From: an uncultured Clostridia bacterium
GTDB taxonomy: Bacteria > Bacillota > Clostridia > Christensenellales > UBA1242
Direction: 5' to 3'
Length of the DNA: 60,438 nt
Assembly: GCA_944381245.1 (NCBI GenBank)
Contig: CALWKK010000002.1
Span: 1 to 60,438 of the forward strand
A model generated the notes under the pieces. The model had not been told where the DNA came from. It saw only the letters and a program-made list of their open reading frames with translations, and did not search any database. Shown one piece after another: positions 57,204-60,438 of the stretch; the stretch's first letter is position 1; each line of letters begins with the position of its first letter. The position numbers were made by a program, and so were the translations under genes.

Positions 57204-58202
57204 CTAAAAATTATATTTTCCAATATTTTGTCTAACTTTGTTTAAAATTATTTTTGCTATATTTCTTGCCTCCTCACAGCCTTTGCGTAAAATTTCTTCA
57301 ACTTTGTTAGGATTGTTTTTATAAAACATATATTTTTCTCGCATAGGTTTTATATAATCGTTAGCAGTTTGAAATGTTATTTTTTTTACGTCGCCCCATG
57401 AAATTCCTTCTTTAAATCTTTTTTCCATTTCTTTTCTTTGATTATCATTTGCAAATAAACTAAAAATTTTAAAAATTAAACAATCTGTGTTCTTTGGATC
57501 ATTTGGATTTGAACTATCTGTTACTATTTTATTAATTTTTTTTCGTAATTCTTCCTCTGAACAAAACAATTCAATTGTGTTGTTATAACTTTTACTCATT
57601 TTCCTTCCATCCAACCCCAGCACTAATCCAACATTTTTGTTAATTTTTTCTTCAGGTAAAATAAATGTTTCTCCATATAAATTATTAAAAATTCTTGCAA
57701 TTTCTCTAGTTATTTCAACATGCTGTTTCTGATCTTCTCCAACAGGTACAAACTTCGCTTTCATGCTTAAAATATCTGCTGCCATTAAAATTGGATAATT
57801 AAACAACCCCATATTAATTCCATCGTCTACTTCTTTCCCATTTTTTATATTTTCTTCAGCTAAAGATTTATAAGCATGAGCTCGATTCATTAAGCCTTTT
57901 GGAGTTACATTTGATAAAATCCAATTTATTTCAAAAATTTCGGGAATATCTGATTGTCGATAAAAAAACAAATTGCTTTCATCAAGACCACAAGCCAACC
58001 AAGTGGCCGCCAAATCAAAAGTATATTCTGAAAATTTATTTTTATCTTTTAAATAATTTAAAGCATGATAATCGGCAATAAAAAACATTGCTTTTGCGTT
58101 TTGTTGTTTAGCTAAATCAATAGCAGGTTTTACAGCGCCAAAATAATTACCTATATGAATTTTACCTGTTGGTTTAATCCCTGTCAATATAATTTCTTCC
58201 AT
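57204..58202 (-). CDS. trpS: Tryptophanyl-tRNA synthetase
   Basis: HIGH-type KIHIGNYFG and KMSKS (GRKMSKS). Confidence 0.95.
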   Translation of the reverse strand: MEEIILTGIKPTGKIHIGNYFGAVKPAIDLAKQQNAKAMFFIADYHALNYLKDKNKFSEYTFDLAATWLACGLDESNLFFYRQSDIPEIFEINWILSNVTPKGLMNRAHAYKSLAEENIKNGKEVDDGINMGLFNYPILMAADILSMKAKFVPVGEDQKQHVEITREIARIFNNLYGETFILPEEKINKNVGLVLGLDGRKMSKSYNNTIELFCSEEELRKKINKIVTDSSNPNDPKNTDCLIFKIFSLFANDNQRKEMEKRFKEGISWGDVKKITFQTANDYIKPMREKYMFYKNNPNKVEEILRKGCEEARNIAKIILNKVRQNIGKYNF

Positions 58203-58222
58203 TTAATTATCCTTTTAATTCA

Positions 58223-58251
58223 TTTTTAACATTTTAATTAAAAAATGTCAA
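58223..58251 (-). promoter_or_regulatory. Sigma-A promoter for trpS (no T-box leader)
   Basis: The minus strand reads TTGACA, a 17-nt spacer ending in TGT, then TAAAAA. An AAAGGA SD and the ATG follow within ~20 nt. Confidence 0.55.
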
Positions 58252-58276
58252 TTAATAATAAAAAAGATAATACGAT

Positions 58277-59002
58277 TTATTTAGCAATTCTTTCTCGAAT
58301 TTTTTCTAAAATTTTGTTTTCTAATCTTGAAACTTGAACTTGAGAAATTTTCAAAGTTTTAGCAATTTCACTTTGAGTTTTATCTCTAAAATATCTAAGT
58401 AATATAATTTTTTTATCACGACTATCAAGTTTTTTAATTTCATCTCTTAAAAAAATATTATCAAATATCTTATCGTTAGCATCTTCTTCCAAAAATCTAT
58501 CCACAACCAAAAGGCTTTTTTCGTCATCATCTTCAAAAGGTGCATATAAAGATATTGGCATTCTGGCTGAATCCATTGCAAAAATAATTTCTTGACTAGA
58601 AACATCAAATTTTTTGGAAATTTGTTCTATTGTTGGCTTTGTTCCATTTTCTTTAAAATATTTTTCAATATACTTATTAATTTGTAGATTAAAAGATTTA
58701 ATAGTCCTTGAAACTTTAATGGCTCCATCATCTCTCATAAATCTTTTTATTTCTCCTATAATCATAGGAACAACATAAGTTGAAAATTTAACATTAAAAT
58801 TAGTATTGAAATTATTGATTGCTTTAACAAGCCCCATTGCTCCGATTTGATATAAATCATCATATTCAATACCTTTACCAATATATCTTTTTAAAATACT
58901 TTTAATAAGAGGTGAATTTTCTTTAACTAAAATTTGTTTTGCATTTTCATCTCCATTTTGCGCCTCTTTAATTAAATTTATTGTTGTTTCATGGTTTAAC
59001 AT
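58277..59002 (-). CDS. sigF: Sporulation sigma factor F
   Basis: Sigma-70 family regions 2-4. It is the third gene after spoIIAA-spoIIAB. Confidence 0.88.
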   Translation of the reverse strand: MLNHETTINLIKEAQNGDENAKQILVKENSPLIKSILKRYIGKGIEYDDLYQIGAMGLVKAINNFNTNFNVKFSTYVVPMIIGEIKRFMRDDGAIKVSRTIKSFNLQINKYIEKYFKENGTKPTIEQISKKFDVSSQEIIFAMDSARMPISLYAPFEDDDEKSLLVVDRFLEEDANDKIFDNIFLRDEIKKLDSRDKKIILLRYFRDKTQSEIAKTLKISQVQVSRLENKILEKIRERIAK

Positions 59003-59014
59003 TACATTCCTTTC

Positions 59015-59455
59015 CTAGCTCGCAATCCCATTGAATTTTTTTTCCATTTGTACAATAACACCTTTATTATTTTCATTCTTTAATAAAGTAACTTTATCCA
59101 TAAATGTTTCCATAACGGTAAATCCCATACCACTTCTTTCTTCTTCTGGTTTAGTTGTAAAGAAAGGTTGTCTAGCCTTTTCAAAATTAGCTATTCCCAC
59201 TCCATTATCTTCAACTGAAATAATGGCACTAGTCGGAGTAATTTTCACATTAATAGTAATATCTCCATCTTTTTTTGGATATGCATGAACAACACAGTTA
59301 GTAACAGCTTCACTAACTGCCGTTTTAATATCGTTTATTTCATCAATCGTTGGATTAAGTTGAACACAAAAAGCAGCAACCGTGCTTCTAGCAAAACTTT
59401 CATTAATAGAAAGTGCTTTAAATTTTATTGTCATCTCATTAACAACATTCATCAT
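59015..59455 (-). CDS. spoIIAB: Anti-sigma F factor (serine kinase)
   Basis: HATPase blocks EAVTNCVVHAY, DNGVGI and SGMGF. The start is either of two adjacent ATGs after GGAG. Confidence 0.9.
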   Translation of the reverse strand: MMNVVNEMTIKFKALSINESFARSTVAAFCVQLNPTIDEINDIKTAVSEAVTNCVVHAYPKKDGDITINVKITPTSAIISVEDNGVGIANFEKARQPFFTTKPEEERSGMGFTVMETFMDKVTLLKNENNKGVIVQMEKKFNGIAS

Positions 59456-59462
59456 AAACTCC

Positions 59463-59771
59463 TTAAGATATTTTAGGCATTATTTCATAAAGGCCTGTCA
59501 TTTTAAAAATTTTTTCTGCATGAGAAGAAGGATTGCAAATAAAAATCGGTGTATTTTTGCTTTTTAATTTTTTATATCTTCCAATTAAAACTCCAATTCC
59601 TGTTGAATCCATAAAGTCCAATTCAGAAAGATCAATTATAACCTGATTAAATCCATTTAAATCGAATAATTCATCCAAGGTTATTCTAACTGCTTGAGCA
59701 GAATGTTCATCTAATTCTCCACTTAAAACAATATATAATGTATTATTATATATTCTATTTCTTATTTGCAT
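59463..59771 (-). CDS. spoIIAA: Anti-anti-sigma F factor (STAS domain)
   Basis: STAS fold with a phosphorylatable Ser in DFMDSTGIGVL. AGGAGG SD. Confidence 0.88.
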   Translation of the reverse strand: MQIRNRIYNNTLYIVLSGELDEHSAQAVRITLDELFDLNGFNQVIIDLSELDFMDSTGIGVLIGRYKKLKSKNTPIFICNPSSHAEKIFKMTGLYEIMPKIS

Positions 59772-59816
59772 TTGTTTCCTCCTGTTGATTTATTTTAACA
59801 AAGATATTAAATTAAA

Positions 59817-59850
59817 AAATAACACTTTATGTCGAAATAAAGTGTTATTT
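59817..59850 (-). terminator. Terminator hairpin of the upstream (partial) gene
   Basis: 14-bp stem AAATAACACTTTAT / ATAAAGTGTTATTT with loop GTCGAA. Confidence 0.5.
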
Positions 59851-59857
59851 TGTCGAA
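59830..59857. promoter_or_regulatory. Two perfect Spo0A boxes (TGTCGAA) upstream of spoIIAA
   Basis: TGTCGAA at 59830-59836 and 59851-59857. Both extend to the direct repeat TGTCGAAATA, 21 bp apart and 59-86 bp upstream of the spoIIAA ATG. Confidence 0.5.
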
Positions 59858-59882
59858 ATACTCTTATTTTAAAAAATTATAT

Positions 59883-60438
59883 TTATTTGCTTTGTTCATC
59901 ATTTTGTCTATAAATCAATCTCTCTCCATATTTTGTATCTGTGTAATTAACATCTCTTGGAGCTCCCCCTTTTTCTTCTTCTTCTAATTTTCCTTCAGAT
60001 AAAATTTTTACCATTCCTCCAGTTGATACAGCTGCACTTGCTAATGCGTTTTGTATCTTACTTCTTGTTAAGCATTCTAGGAAATCATTATAGCCATTCC
60101 CCATTGTAATCAATTTAACTTTCTCACCCATTCCTGCCTTGATTCCATCTTTTAATCTCTCTATTGCTTCTATGAATTCCCCTATATTCCTTTTTACTCC
60201 TTCTTGCCTGCTATCTGGTATTTCTATGTTATCTAAACATAGTTTCTTCTTCTCTTCATTATACCATACCCATGCTTGCCCTATTATCACGCCTTTCTTC
60301 CTAAACACAACAAATCCTCCATTTGGATCTGTCATTCCGTGTCTCATGCATTCTCGCCCTGCATCATTTATTACTTGACAACAATTTGTGATGTTTCCTA
60401 ATACTGCGCCTATCGGATTATCTTTATCTAATAATTCA
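59883..60438 (-). CDS. Hypothetical protein, 5'-truncated by the window edge, with atypically high G+C
   Basis: The frame stays open from the ATG at 60347 up to the window end (...GNITNCCQVINDAGRECMRHGM...). No family recognised. Confidence 0.5.
   Translation of the reverse strand, partial: ELLDKDNPIGAVLGNITNCCQVINDAGRECMRHGMTDPNGGFVVFRKKGVIIGQAWVWYNEEKKKLCLDNIEIPDSRQEGVKRNIGEFIEAIERLKDGIKAGMGEKVKLITMGNGYNDFLECLTRSKIQNALASAAVSTGGMVKILSEGKLEEEEKGGAPRDVNYTDTKYGERLIYRQNDEQSK

Noticed and set aside
58203-58276. Possible T-box riboswitch leaders upstream of trpS (and of cysS at 5523-5563)
   Set aside because: The upstream regions are only 74 nt and 41 nt and are filled by a promoter and SD. That is far too short for a T-box (about 200 nt), and no specifier or T-box sequence is visible.
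1-60438. CRISPR arrays, IS elements or transposases, integrases, prophage genes, toxin-antitoxin pairs or known defence-system genes
   Set aside because: I scanned the ORF translations and intergenic regions and found no repeat-spacer arrays, no transposase, recombinase or phage-like proteins, and no recognisable defence modules.
1-60438. Alternative genetic code (UGA read as Trp, as in Mollicutes), given the very low G+C
   Set aside because: Trp is encoded by TGG throughout. TGA is used as a genuine stop, for example at the tsaE end at 9170-9172, where the protein length matches the family. Long ORFs are intact under the standard bacterial code.

Overview
This is a very AT-rich chromosomal segment. 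My spot counts of 60-nt stretches give about 23% G+C in typical sequence. It comes from an endospore-forming Firmicute with a compact, streamlined gene layout. I count about 57 protein-coding genes and two tRNAs (Leu-TAG, Asn-GTT). I saw no rRNA, CRISPR array, transposase, integrase or phage genes. Most content is housekeeping: cysS, tsaE-tsaB-rimI, greA, gpmI, nifS-nifU, ligA, rpoZ, priA-def-fmt-rlmN-rpe, hup, recD2-comFC, rel, dnaG-rpoD and trpS. There is also a clear sporulation set: a SpoIVFB-like M50 protease (partial), spoVB, spoIIE, spoVAC-AD-AE, spoIIAA-spoIIAB-sigF, a DUF421/DUF4363 pair and an M23 peptidase that may be SpoIIQ-like. I could not identify a clear-cut novel multi-gene system. 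The best leads are: (1) a solitary VirB4-type secretion ATPase fused to a PrgI/TcpE-like membrane module, sitting among housekeeping genes with no other conjugation genes in view. (2) A 2,729-aa surface protein gene with its own promoter and terminator between tRNA-Leu and spoIIE. (3) A recurrent extended -10 element (TGnTAnnnT) placed 6-7 nt before the ATG of seven genes that lack a Shine-Dalgarno, suggesting frequent leaderless mRNAs. (4) A long RelA/SpoT homologue whose hydrolase motifs look degenerate and whose C-terminal ACT/RRM domain is missing. (5) Two perfect Spo0A boxes upstream of spoIIAA. (6) A sharp G+C increase in the truncated last gene at the right edge. All functional calls come from motif recognition by eye; no database search was run.
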